Part shown: positions 8,468 to 18,548 of the stretch, one piece after another | Layout: each line of letters starts with the position of its first letter | Numbering within the stretch: position 1 is the stretch's first letter | Assembly (NCBI GenBank): GCA_963803145.1 | Contig: CAWDLW010000032.1 | Coordinates: 1 to 29,064 of the forward strand | Direction: 5' to 3' | From: Methanotrichaceae archaeon | GTDB lineage: Archaea > Halobacteriota > Methanosarcinia > Methanotrichales > Methanotrichaceae | Length of the DNA stretch: 29,064 nucleotides | Made by a program: the position numbers and the translations under genes | Notes under the pieces: generated by a model | Told to the model about the DNA's origin: nothing | The model's input: the letters and a program-made list of their open reading frames with translations, nothing else | The model's database searches: none

Positions 8468-9241
8468 ATGCCAATACTCGTTCTTCTCAGACACGGCCAG
8501 AGTCTCTGGAACAAGGAGGGACGGTTCACAGGCTGGACTGATATTGACCTCTCAGATAAGGGAGTCGAAGAGGCACGAGATGCCGGAAGGCTGCTGAAGG
8601 CATGCGGCATTCTCTTCGATATCGCTTATACATCTGTTCTAAAACGTGCCATCAGGACCCTCTGGATAGTCCTCGATGAGATGGACCTGATGTGGATTCC
8701 TGTCATCACCTGCTGGCGGCTGAACGAGCGCAACTACGGTAGCCTCCAGGGCGTGAGCAAGAAGGCGATGGAGGAAAAATACGGGGCTGACCAAATTCAC
8801 AGGTGGCGTCGAGGCTTCATCGATCAACCTCCAGCTCTGGAACCAAGCAATGGCAGATATTACAATGTTCTTTGCGATCCAAGGTATAGGGATCTTGAAG
8901 AAAATCAGATGCCGAGAGCTGAATCGCTCAAGGATACGCTTGACAGGATGCTGCCATGCTGGCAGAGCAAGATAGCGCCTGATCTCAAGGAAGGGAAAAA
9001 TATCTTCATATCCTCACATGGAAATACCCTCAGAGCTCTTGCCAAGCATATCGAAAATATCTCCGACGAGGATATAGAGAAGTTCGAGATACCGACCGGA
9101 ATCCCATTAGTGTATAAGCTAGATGAGAACCTACGACCTATAGACCGATTTTACCTGAAGAGCTATGATGACTGCAAGAGGCTACAGCTTGATGAATCAT
9201 CGGGCTTAGAAGAATCGGGCAGACGGGGGAGATGTAAGTGA
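8468..9241 (+). CDS. gpmA: 2,3-bisphosphoglycerate-dependent phosphoglycerate mutase
   Basis: LRHGQS-WN, FTGWTD, RLNERNYGSLQG, HGNTLRAL, IPTGIPLVY. Confidence 0.96.
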   Translation: MPILVLLRHGQSLWNKEGRFTGWTDIDLSDKGVEEARDAGRLLKACGILFDIAYTSVLKRAIRTLWIVLDEMDLMWIPVITCWRLNERNYGSLQGVSKKAMEEKYGADQIHRWRRGFIDQPPALEPSNGRYYNVLCDPRYRDLEENQMPRAESLKDTLDRMLPCWQSKIAPDLKEGKNIFISSHGNTLRALAKHIENISDEDIEKFEIPTGIPLVYKLDENLRPIDRFYLKSYDDCKRLQLDESSGLEESGRRGRCK

Positions 9242-10182
9242 CCTACTCAATAAATCTGATATCTATCGAACGAAAGGATGAGCTTGCCGAGAGATACAGC
9301 AGCCAGATCCTTTATGAGACCAAGTCTGATATCTACGGTTGCTGTATCAAGCTATTGACTGGCAAGCATGATGTAAAGGATCACTGGGAGGATAGCTTCT
9401 ACTCCGCATCCCAAAACATCCGCTCTCATGGCCGCCTCTATGTCCTTGAAGACAGTTCGGAAGGGATTAACAGCGTATATTACGATCCCCAATCTAGGAC
9501 ATGCTTCCTTTTCAATATGGATTATTATGGATGGATAAAGTCTCTTGCCCTGAGCGTTGCTGGAGATATCCTGGAGGATGAACACGGCATTTACTCAGTC
9601 CATGGGGCATGCCTCGATATTGAGGGAACGGGCATTTGTATTTTAGGCGGTTCAGGCGCAGGCAAGACCACCCATACATATGGTCTCCTCAGAGACCCTA
9701 AGGTCAGAGCAATCTCAGACGACTGGTTTTTTGCGCGCATTTATGGAGAGGATATTCTGGCCTACGGCTCTGAGAAGAACTTCTACATACGCGCGGATCT
9801 GGCAGATATCTGGAAGGAGTTCTCATGGCTTGTGAATAAGGCGATATTCGATTCAAAGGGCAGAGCAGTTGTAGATCTGCGGTGGGTGATCGGAAAAGGG
9901 CGCATCCTGCCTCTGACAACTTTAAAGGCTGTGATAATCCTGAAGAGGGATCGCAATGATAAAGAGACTCTGCGGGAGCTTGAAGCGGCAGAAGCATTGG
10001 ATATTTTGGAAAATAATGATTACTTCAATCCCCATTTGCTAGTGAAAAATGAGTTCAAGCGCAAGCTTCGCAATGGGTTTTTTGAAGCTCTCCTCACAAG
10101 GACAAAAGTATATGAGGTAAACACAGTTGGGACTCCTGAGGAGAGCCAGGAGGTTATCAGAAAGATCGTAAGATTGGAGTGA
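9238..10182 (+). CDS. HPr kinase / PEP carboxykinase-like P-loop protein, function unknown
   Basis: HGAC, GGSGAGKTT, ISDDW and GSEKNFYIR match the HPrK/PEPCK nucleotide-binding fold. GTGA overlap with gpmA. Confidence 0.7.
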   Translation: MTYSINLISIERKDELAERYSSQILYETKSDIYGCCIKLLTGKHDVKDHWEDSFYSASQNIRSHGRLYVLEDSSEGINSVYYDPQSRTCFLFNMDYYGWIKSLALSVAGDILEDEHGIYSVHGACLDIEGTGICILGGSGAGKTTHTYGLLRDPKVRAISDDWFFARIYGEDILAYGSEKNFYIRADLADIWKEFSWLVNKAIFDSKGRAVVDLRWVIGKGRILPLTTLKAVIILKRDRNDKETLRELEAAEALDILENNDYFNPHLLVKNEFKRKLRNGFFEALLTRTKVYEVNTVGTPEESQEVIRKIVRLE

Positions 10183-10261
10183 GATCGTTAACTACATACA
10201 TTAATCTGGGACATGGTTTAAAGCTTGAATATACTCAAGGAGGTGCTCTAAAACAGCAACT

Positions 10262-10540
10262 TTAAATTATATCATCGATGGCTATTCGAAGCTTTAAGAT
10301 CTCCTCATGATGGCGCTTGAAGCTTATCATGAGTTCTATACCCTTATCCGTGGTCTTATACAATTTGTGATTATCTTGGGCGGTCTCAATGAGGCCGCGT
10401 TTTATCAGCAAATCGATGTAAGGATTTGCGGTTCTGAAGTTTAAATTTGCCTGGTAGACTATCTTTGTCTTGCTTGCTCCGCCTATGCATACCTCAAGGA
10501 TGTGAGCTATTATCATGTCGCTGCTTCTTTTTCCCTTCAT
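10262..10540 (-). CDS. Winged-helix transcriptional regulator (HTH_45-like)
   Basis: KRSSDMIIAHILEVC..KTKIVYQANLNF..YKTTDKG. Start moved to MKGKR (about 10540) by analogy with the paralog at 21714. Confidence 0.85.
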   Translation of the reverse strand: MKGKRSSDMIIAHILEVCIGGASKTKIVYQANLNFRTANPYIDLLIKRGLIETAQDNHKLYKTTDKGIELMISFKRHHEEILKLRIAIDDII

Positions 10541-10698
10541 CTTCCTTCGGCCTGATTGCATATTCCTATTTTTGAGAGTCGCTTTGGATACCTTACCCCA
10601 AGGTACATCAACATAGTATCTCAAGTACTTATAATTTATCAGTACTAAAGATAGGTGGTATTTTATTCAAGAGCTACTGTTTTTACAATCAATTATAT

Positions 10699-13600
10699 TC
10701 AAACACAACTTGCGCATAAGACATTATCATCATTATCAAAATAATCGCTATCATCTTCCGTTATGTAGCATTCCTCGGTGCATTCAGGCAATGTGCACCA
10801 ATCTGCAGTTGCATTATATTGCGATGATAGCATAACTTTGTAGGGCTGGGTGAAAGATGAGCACGATGCTTCAGCCTTCATGATCTCCTCGTTATAATGC
10901 CCTATTGCTTTTACTCTGTTCTCCTTTAAAGAGCCGATAATCTTTACTCTGAGATCTAAGGTTCTTGTAGTTCCTGGTGCCAGAGATATGAGCGACCAGT
11001 TTATATTCCGGCCGTTGACCCTCGGCCTGATGCTCGAGTTGAAGAAGATCATGTTCTCAGGAAGAATATCCATGATTTCAACTGGAGCTAAAACTTTATT
11101 GCCGTCGTTTGTAACATTGATCCTGAAGCGCACGGTGCCAGAATCCACCTTCAACGCCTCTTTAGTCAGACTGATGTGAGGGCCGAGGTGTTTCGGGATA
11201 CTGTATACTCCTATTGCAGTATCAAGCCTATATTTGCCTGCAAATGTCTCATCCATGATAATGCCCTCATTTGCAGCTTGTGCCCAGAGAGATCCCATTC
11301 CTTTGAACTCGCTTGTCATAGCCAAAGATGATGGATCCATCAATGCCTCTTTCTGGATATAATCCGCTGAGCTGATTTTCTCGCCGATCCTCGACCTAAA
11401 CTCAGAATTCTCTGCTGACATGCCCTCACTCCATTTATCGGCATAAACAGCCCTGAGACTTCCTACGGACCAATCATTGCTCACATAGCTCAGATTTATG
11501 TTCTTGAGGCTGGTTGGATCATTTGTGAAGGTCTCACGGGATTCGTAGAGCCCGCTCCCGTGTTCATTGGATTTTATATTTGTATTGCCGCTCAATGCTT
11601 GCTTATCCGAGGATACGAAACCGATCCCTGAGGCGGATCTTGAATAGGTGACCCCTATGCCGTAGGAATCCAAGTGGCTTTCGAGCCTGAAGCTGCCGTA
11701 ATAGTCTTCGGATATCCCCACTACATCTTTTGCATTATTTGGGGCATTTTTTTGATAGGTTATCTGAGCGAGGCCAGACCCGAAAATTGAGCGTGAAGAG
11801 AAGACCGTCTGGTTCTTATCCATTAAAAACGATGCTAAATTGTCTAAATGGCTCATATATCTGTAATTCTCTGAGATAACCTCATTCCTGGCACCATTCT
11901 CCGCTCTTGTTCTGTCATCCCAGAGAGAACTTACGGTCAGGTTATTCTGGGCGAGTGAGACTTTGACTGGGCTATAGCGTGCGTGGATCTCTTTATTTAG
12001 ACTCATGCTTTTGCCTCTTCTGTAATCTATGGTTTGATCCATGTCATAGCTGCCGCTGCCCTTCTCTACTGATTCTACACCGGCGCCGGATAAATCCAGA
12101 AGCCTAATTTTGGCGAAACTTGAATCGCTCTCCTGCTTCTTCAGGTATGTTGCAGTTATGTTGGCGTAGTTAACAATCTCATGAAGTTCCGTGGATGCGG
12201 ATAGCTTTTGACTGGAGGCAACATAGCCCTCGCCTGAGACTAATTGCGTATCCTGCAAATGGATCTCGGGCCCGCCCTTGATCCCGACGCATAGGAGGAT
12301 CGATCCTTCTGTATGGGGCGGCAAGGTTCCTAACTTCCAGGTAAGCATATTGCCGTTGATCTCGGGCACAGGTGCCGCATAGACATAATCCATGCCTGTC
12401 AGTCTATCTGTTACTACTGCATTCTTTGCCTCGACCGCAAGCTCGTTGCCATAGGTCATCGTAAAATTTACGACTTCACCCTCTGCGCATGCATTCTTAT
12501 CGGCTCTCTTCCTGATGAATAGTGAGTGGATAACAAAGGTCTCCAAGAATCCCTGTTTGCCCTCAGCATTATCTGAATCGATCCTGTAAATGTTGTATAT
12601 GCTGTCTATATCGGGGTGTTCTGGAACAGGCGGCAGCCCGACTTCAAGCCTTATCTCTGCCGATTCTCCCTGCAGCATTTTACTTGTATTTAGGTTTGCA
12701 GGACTCCAGGAAAGATGAGTTCCTGTGTTGTCTGACCAGGTTTTCGCTGGCTCCGGCGTAGATCCTATGATCTGTAGATGGCTGTCTACGGTATCGGTTA
12801 TGCTGATGTTCCTGGCCTCACCCGGGCCATCGTTTCTGAAGTTTATGGTATAGTTCAGGCTACCTCCAGGACGGATAAAGTCGCTGGAGGATGTTGCATT
12901 TATTTCAAGTGAGGGCTGATTCTCCATTACAATGGTTTTCGCTTCTGCAGCGGCACTAGATTCATCTGATGTTATCTTGACTGTGTTGTTAAGTATAGCC
13001 CCCTGTTTGGTTGATGATTTTACTTTGGCAGAGACCTCTATCTTGCCAGAGGCACCCTGCTGGAGGTCTCCAATTGTCCAGAGATCATTTGTTCCGATAT
13101 CCGGAGAAGGATATGCTGATAAAAATGTGGTATTGCCATCATAGATTTCTCTAATGATTGTGTTGTGTACGGTAGACCCATAGTTTTCATAAACGATTGT
13201 GTAGTTGATAGTACTTCCAGGATGGACCTGGTTAGGTGCAGCTTTGGCGATGCTCAGACCTTTTTTCTGATCTTCGATCATCAGACAGCAATTGCTTTCA
13301 GTTGAATAAGTTCTTTCATAAGGGCAATTTCCTTGAGCACTTGTCCATGTTAGCGAGGATTTGCCGCAGTAGGGTCCGCCTTCTTGAACAGTGGCGTTAT
13401 ACCTGAGAAGAATTGGGCTGCTGCCTCTCCACGAAGAATCAATCGAATTGAAATGCCATGTCAGCAAAGACAAACTTGAATCATCTAATATTCCAGCAGG
13501 CCCTGTTAGGATCTTCATTGATCCTGGAGTGTAGACAAATCCCGGAGGCAGATATTCGGTTACATTTGCATCAAAAGCATCTGAGCTGCTTTTTGATGAA

Positions 13601-14148
13601 TGGAAGACTGAGATAATACAGCTTATGTTATCTCCCACACGGCATGATTCAGGAATTATCCTCTTCTCGATGATCAGGTCAGGCTCTACAATCTCAACAG
13701 GAACCGCCTCATCCGAGCTCAAGTGAAGTCCATGAGAATCCCTACACTTCAGAGCTGCCTTGTTTGGATGAAGCGTCACACCTTCATGATTGCCTGGAAC
13801 ATTAGCAACAGCAGCTTCAAAGCAGATTCGAATATCCTTATCCGCGGTGTTATTCACTCTGCCGAAGCTCCATGTTATGATTGACTCACAGCTCCCATCG
13901 TTTGGACCGCTAATATGCTCATTAAAATCATTGGCTCCTGTAATGTTGAGGCTATCGTTTTTATAAATTAAACCTCTAGGGAGAGTATCGGTAACGGTGA
14001 CATCTTGAATAATACCTGCTGGAAGATCTATATTTATGGTATATCGATCCTGGCTAAGGCAATCTCCTGCAATTGGCGCAATCGATAGGGTCAATAGGAG
14101 CAATAGGAGCAATAGGCGCAATAGGTGCCTTAGCAGGATCATTCTCAT
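10699..14148 (-). CDS. Large exported DUF11 / conserved-repeat Ig-like surface protein
   Basis: Poly-Leu signal peptide; repeated LxIxK..YTIxxxN..xTDxLP modules; Cys-rich acidic C-terminus. ATG 14148 directly follows the upstream stop. Confidence 0.85.
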   Translation of the reverse strand: MRMILLRHLLRLLLLLLLLTLSIAPIAGDCLSQDRYTINIDLPAGIIQDVTVTDTLPRGLIYKNDSLNITGANDFNEHISGPNDGSCESIITWSFGRVNNTADKDIRICFEAAVANVPGNHEGVTLHPNKAALKCRDSHGLHLSSDEAVPVEIVEPDLIIEKRIIPESCRVGDNISCIISVFHSSKSSSDAFDANVTEYLPPGFVYTPGSMKILTGPAGILDDSSLSLLTWHFNSIDSSWRGSSPILLRYNATVQEGGPYCGKSSLTWTSAQGNCPYERTYSTESNCCLMIEDQKKGLSIAKAAPNQVHPGSTINYTIVYENYGSTVHNTIIREIYDGNTTFLSAYPSPDIGTNDLWTIGDLQQGASGKIEVSAKVKSSTKQGAILNNTVKITSDESSAAAEAKTIVMENQPSLEINATSSSDFIRPGGSLNYTINFRNDGPGEARNISITDTVDSHLQIIGSTPEPAKTWSDNTGTHLSWSPANLNTSKMLQGESAEIRLEVGLPPVPEHPDIDSIYNIYRIDSDNAEGKQGFLETFVIHSLFIRKRADKNACAEGEVVNFTMTYGNELAVEAKNAVVTDRLTGMDYVYAAPVPEINGNMLTWKLGTLPPHTEGSILLCVGIKGGPEIHLQDTQLVSGEGYVASSQKLSASTELHEIVNYANITATYLKKQESDSSFAKIRLLDLSGAGVESVEKGSGSYDMDQTIDYRRGKSMSLNKEIHARYSPVKVSLAQNNLTVSSLWDDRTRAENGARNEVISENYRYMSHLDNLASFLMDKNQTVFSSRSIFGSGLAQITYQKNAPNNAKDVVGISEDYYGSFRLESHLDSYGIGVTYSRSASGIGFVSSDKQALSGNTNIKSNEHGSGLYESRETFTNDPTSLKNINLSYVSNDWSVGSLRAVYADKWSEGMSAENSEFRSRIGEKISSADYIQKEALMDPSSLAMTSEFKGMGSLWAQAANEGIIMDETFAGKYRLDTAIGVYSIPKHLGPHISLTKEALKVDSGTVRFRINVTNDGNKVLAPVEIMDILPENMIFFNSSIRPRVNGRNINWSLISLAPGTTRTLDLRVKIIGSLKENRVKAIGHYNEEIMKAEASCSSFTQPYKVMLSSQYNATADWCTLPECTEECYITEDDSDYFDNDDNVLCASCV
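14092..14127. repeat. 9-bp tandem repeat (CAATAGGNG) x4
   Basis: caataggag caataggag caataggcg caataggtg, encoding the Leu run of the signal peptide. Confidence 0.85.
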
Positions 14149-14149
14149 A

Positions 14150-14707
14150 CTATCCGGCCCCAGAAAGTGTGAAGACCATGACTGCACGGTAACAATGGCC
14201 TTCAGACAGAGGCTCGTCCATCCATGAGACTGGCTGTTCTATGTCAACCGCGAAATTTTGGCTTTTTCCAGCAGTCTCCTCGCCTTCTTGGATGACTCCG
14301 CCGGTGGAAAGATCGACGTCCCAAGGATCAGGGTGATCCTCAGTGCCTGCTGCAGATATCTTCAATTGGCTATCGAGTTCTTTTCCATCTCGAACGTAAC
14401 TTGAATTCAATGGATCGTACTCTGCCATCCTGCCTTTCTTCCTATCTGATGCGACAGATAGTTGCCAACATGTCTTCGCAGAGACTATCAAGGCTATCTG
14501 CCTTCTGCTTTCAGGTTCCGTTGGGTTAAGCATCCAGCCTGAGATCTCTAAGGGAGCATCGATAAAAAGGTCTGATTCACCAACTCCTCCAAGCTTCATC
14601 TCTCCACCGACGTTCTGCCCTGGAGCCGCCTTCAGCGTATCCCCCAAACATAGCGGCATCAGCAGAAGGGCTGCAAAAGCTGATGCTTTGATGATCGTTT
14701 TCAACAT
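14150..14707 (-). CDS. Exported hypothetical protein
   Basis: Signal peptide from MLKTIIKASAFAALLLMPLCLG (ATG 14707); beta-rich; ends YRAVMVFTLS. Confidence 0.7.
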   Translation of the reverse strand: MLKTIIKASAFAALLLMPLCLGDTLKAAPGQNVGGEMKLGGVGESDLFIDAPLEISGWMLNPTEPESRRQIALIVSAKTCWQLSVASDRKKGRMAEYDPLNSSYVRDGKELDSQLKISAAGTEDHPDPWDVDLSTGGVIQEGEETAGKSQNFAVDIEQPVSWMDEPLSEGHCYRAVMVFTLSGAG

Positions 14708-14957
14708 GCTTTTAACAATCCCTCGATTTCGAATACTACTAATATCCCTATTGTAATCTTTAGTTCCTTCATTTCTCACCGGGGGTACTATTGATAAGAT
14801 AAAATTGTAAGAAAAAGTGGTAATTACCATAATTTCTAATTCTTAATTCTAAAGAATAGCATACTAATTGGACTTATTCTTTTTCGAATAACATGAACTT
14901 AACTACAAAGGTTATGGGTTTGTGATGCTTACTATTGATTTAATACTCGATTTGTCC

Positions 14958-16379
14958 TCAGCCTAGATGTATTGTCTGGCTACTATTTCTGCCGCTAATC
15001 ACAATTGCCTTGTTAGGCATTTTGCTGCCCAGTTGAACCGGCCCTATATTGTTCATCTGGTTTGCTTGCGCCTCAGGCTTTATCGCTTGGGATTCGGATT
15101 TGTTTGTGGTGTTATAGGATGCATTCCTAGTTGCCGTTGCCTTCGATGTGTTGCTTTCTATAGATCTATTAGCCGATAGGTTAACGGCTGGTTTCATTGT
15201 GGTGTTCTTATATGGTGAGATGTTCTGCCGGCCTGAAACAATCGATACATTGGTTAAGTTGGATACATTGGTGGCATTTATAGCGTTTTGCTTTTCGCCT
15301 TTGAGCGATCTGTTCAAACCTGTGCTAAGGAGTCCATAGCTTTCATCGCCACTTCCCCCAGCGCCATTATCTAACGGCAGGTATACAGGGCGTATATTCT
15401 GACTTGGAATAGTTCTTATAGTGGCGTTCTCAGGGGAACTTGTGACGGCACTCATATTGGCACTCGTAACTGCATTTGTAAATGCTCTTGTAACAGGCAC
15501 TTCACCGCCCGATATATTGCCGCCCGATACATTCACCCAGAGATGGAGATCTCTATAGGGCGCCGTAAAGTTGTCTTCTTTATAAAGCAAAAACTCCAGC
15601 TTCTGTTCATCTCCAGGATGGTTGAGCACATAGGTTATGGGATGCTCCCATGTCTGGTTATGTTCAAGAGTCATTCTTCGATCAAGAATCGTGGTGTTAT
15701 CGAAGTTGAGATTCATTGTATAGTTTACAGTGGAATACTCGTGGTTCACAACGCCCACTATTACTGTGCTCATATTGCCTGCTATAACTCTGGTTGGGTA
15801 ATCATATGCCTTGCCATTCGGTCCGAGAATATAGAATTCGGTAAACTTTTCGCCCTGCTTGGGAGTGACTATGACATATACCAGGGCAGTGACGGATAAT
15901 ATTATTGATAGTATTAGTATTATTGTCAGAGCTTTATCAAGCCTGCTTTTTTCATCTGCCATCACTTCGGCCCTTGCCGAATCCAGGCCTTTTCTAAACT
16001 CTACAGAGAACCTTTCGTCTGAAGGCAGGCTTGTTCGCCTGAGGTAGGATACAGCGCTCATTGCAAGTGTGAATATTGATATGGATACGACGACAGGAGT
16101 CAGCCTTATGCCCCAGGGGGTATAGTTCAGGCCGAGCCCCATCAGAGGCACAACGGCAATGCTGAGTCCAAAGCTGAGCGCAACCCGCTCTATGCCGTCA
16201 AGGTCGCCCTTTCGGGGAAATAGAGCAGCTATTAGGGTGTAGCCCGGCACAAAGAGCACCATCATTAGGCCGAGAGGTATTCGAACAGGAGTATCCGATA
16301 AGGGCGGAAGAAGAGTGAATAAAAGCGTGGCTACCACAAGAATTACCGCAGCCAGCAGATCTCCCGGCATCTCTTCCAT
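14958..16379 (-). CDS. DUF1616-family membrane protein with Asn/Ser/Thr-rich tail
   Basis: FVPGYxLIAALFP, ERVALSFGLS, E-FTEFYIL, YRDLHLWVNV; many N-x-S/T sequons. Start probably 16379 or 16370. Confidence 0.85.
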   Translation of the reverse strand: MEEMPGDLLAAVILVVATLLFTLLPPLSDTPVRIPLGLMMVLFVPGYTLIAALFPRKGDLDGIERVALSFGLSIAVVPLMGLGLNYTPWGIRLTPVVVSISIFTLAMSAVSYLRRTSLPSDERFSVEFRKGLDSARAEVMADEKSRLDKALTIILILSIILSVTALVYVIVTPKQGEKFTEFYILGPNGKAYDYPTRVIAGNMSTVIVGVVNHEYSTVNYTMNLNFDNTTILDRRMTLEHNQTWEHPITYVLNHPGDEQKLEFLLYKEDNFTAPYRDLHLWVNVSGGNISGGEVPVTRAFTNAVTSANMSAVTSSPENATIRTIPSQNIRPVYLPLDNGAGGSGDESYGLLSTGLNRSLKGEKQNAINATNVSNLTNVSIVSGRQNISPYKNTTMKPAVNLSANRSIESNTSKATATRNASYNTTNKSESQAIKPEAQANQMNNIGPVQLGSKMPNKAIVISGRNSSQTIHLG

Positions 16380-16384
16380 CCTAA

Positions 16385-17479
16385 CTATCTTATTCGACCT
16401 CCAATAATCGATAGAATCCAATCAATAATTCTACTGAAAAAGCCTTTCTCTCCGAGTGAATCCTGAGAAAGGCCCATATTCCTTGGAACTGTAGCATTAA
16501 CAGCGGTAGCATTCTTGGCGGTCGCTATTGTTCCTGTTAAATTTTTTGTTAAATTTTCTGTTATATTTGTCTTCTGAGATGGCTTATTGGAACTTGCCGC
16601 CATCTCCTCATATCTACAGGTTGTGCAAGCATCCTTTCCTCTCACAAGACAATACTCATCCTCACAGATGCCAGCCTTTTCAGTAAAAGGCTCTCCTCGC
16701 GCGATGATCTTCCAATAGCCTCCAGATGTCATTGCCTTTAGCTGTCTTTCAGCCTCAGCATATTGAGTTGCATTTTTGGGATCAAGGGCATGTCCGTCTG
16801 CATACCATGCGATGATATCCGGAGTGATCTCCAATCCTCGCGCGTTCTCGTCAACATAAGGTGAAGCAGTGCCTCCGGAACTCTCGTGACCAACGCTCCT
16901 CTCGCCCGCGCTTGAGGCCGATGAGGTGCCTCCGATATGAACAACCTTGGAATCTCCATCGCCTTCGATTTTGTAGTCCCCGCTGGGTATGCCGGAGGTA
17001 TCTATGACGAGGCTGTAATTGCCCGATGAATCAGCTTTAACAACAGTTTCTGCGTTCACCTCAACGGTTACCTTAGAGGCTCCATCCGCAGTGGTGCCGA
17101 ACATCTTCAGATCATACCTACCAGGAGGAACATCTGACTGTGATATGGATGCGGTTCCGCCGCTGGCTTCAAACCGCTTTGTTATCCATATGATCATTTT
17201 CACGCCTAAATTCAGGTCCTTGACGTTTCTGGCTGTGACTGCCAGTTTATTAGGCGTTTGAGGGATAACGACGCTTGTCTCATATTCGTATTGGCCATTT
17301 GATACTGGTAGATCCATCGCGAAGCTGGACCTGAAGTTAAGCTGTTCTCCTGGAGATGCAGTGCCTGTGATAGTGATCTTATCTCCTGGCTGGGGGTTTG
17401 AGGGCGATAGATCGAATGCAGAACAAGTTGATACCAAAAATATTAGAATGAGAAATACAAGCGCCTCTGCTCTCATCAA
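16385..17479 (-). CDS. Exported Ig-like surface protein
   Basis: Signal peptide, SPSNPQPGDKITITG, Gly/Ser linker, Cys cluster CEDEYC..CTTC, amphipathic C-terminal helix FFSRIIDWIL. Confidence 0.75.
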   Translation of the reverse strand: MMRAEALVFLILIFLVSTCSAFDLSPSNPQPGDKITITGTASPGEQLNFRSSFAMDLPVSNGQYEYETSVVIPQTPNKLAVTARNVKDLNLGVKMIIWITKRFEASGGTASISQSDVPPGRYDLKMFGTTADGASKVTVEVNAETVVKADSSGNYSLVIDTSGIPSGDYKIEGDGDSKVVHIGGTSSASSAGERSVGHESSGGTASPYVDENARGLEITPDIIAWYADGHALDPKNATQYAEAERQLKAMTSGGYWKIIARGEPFTEKAGICEDEYCLVRGKDACTTCRYEEMAASSNKPSQKTNITENLTKNLTGTIATAKNATAVNATVPRNMGLSQDSLGEKGFFSRIIDWILSIIGGRIR

Positions 17480-18396
17480 TCTACCTCAACTGGAACCTGT
17501 CTCATTCCTAATATACCCTTTCCGGGTGAGTAGACGATGCAGGTCAGTATATAGCTACCATGATCCCATCCAGGATCGGAAACAAGATAGAATTCCGCCT
17601 CAGGCTTGGAGGACTTCTGCATGGCGACAGCGCTGTTCTGAGGCAATATTGTGAACAGCTTCATCATCAAATCTGTAGAGATGCTCGGGAGTCCCTGGAT
17701 ACTCATTGATCTGTTTCCGAAAGCTACGGTTGAACTCAAATTCCTCTGACTGCCGTTACTGGATATGTCCAGCTTTATTCCTTCATAATCCTTGCTTGGG
17801 ACCATGACTGCACCGTAGTATTTTGTTAGATTATCAGATTTCTGCATCTTTATAGCTACCTTCAACGTCCCTCCGGCAGGCATCTTTGCAGAAGAATTGA
17901 CGGATATATCCTGCGCCGTTACAATCAAAGGTACCATAGAGAGAATAGTGGAATTAAGCTCATCTTTTGCCGAGATCGTATATGTGCCGCTCTGTTGCCC
18001 CTGAAGAGTAAAATTGCCAGCACCAGTGCTGTTCAATTTGATTGGCGGCATATCGCACGTTCCATTTGCGATATTTACAGCAGATGCATTCTGGAATCTC
18101 GATAAATTGAAGTCTGATGTGCATAACGTTACATCAGCACCGGCAAGCTGATTTGTTCCTAGGATGCAGCCGGATATCCTCTGGCCTTCGGAATAAATGG
18201 GATAGTAGCTAAATGGATAGGTCCAATTCAATCCAGGCATTATGAAGTTTATCTCAGGAGCTTTGACAAGATTTGTTCCATTCAGCAAAATGCTTCCTAT
18301 TGGCTGAATTGTAGATGTTTGATTCTGCATTTCTGCTATAGCGGGGGCTGTTAAAGAAATAACAATCAATAAGGATAACAACATATAGGATCTCAT
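17476..18396 (-). CDS. Exported methanogen extracellular protein (possibly TIGR04279-like)
   Basis: Signal peptide, NWTYP..YPIY motif, many sequons. The family name is from memory and unverified. Confidence 0.55.
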   Translation of the reverse strand: MRSYMLLSLLIVISLTAPAIAEMQNQTSTIQPIGSILLNGTNLVKAPEINFIMPGLNWTYPFSYYPIYSEGQRISGCILGTNQLAGADVTLCTSDFNLSRFQNASAVNIANGTCDMPPIKLNSTGAGNFTLQGQQSGTYTISAKDELNSTILSMVPLIVTAQDISVNSSAKMPAGGTLKVAIKMQKSDNLTKYYGAVMVPSKDYEGIKLDISSNGSQRNLSSTVAFGNRSMSIQGLPSISTDLMMKLFTILPQNSAVAMQKSSKPEAEFYLVSDPGWDHGSYILTCIVYSPGKGILGMRQVPVEVD

Positions 18397-18548
18397 GAGC
18401 CTTTGAGGGCTAAGGAAAGTATTTATGGCTTTCCGAAGTCTGGCTGGATGAATGTTAATATTTGGTTACCTAGCTTATAAAATGCTCTGTTTTCAGTTAC
18501 TGTCTAGGGCAACCTATTTATTTCGCATACGAGTGTAAGCCGTAGGGT

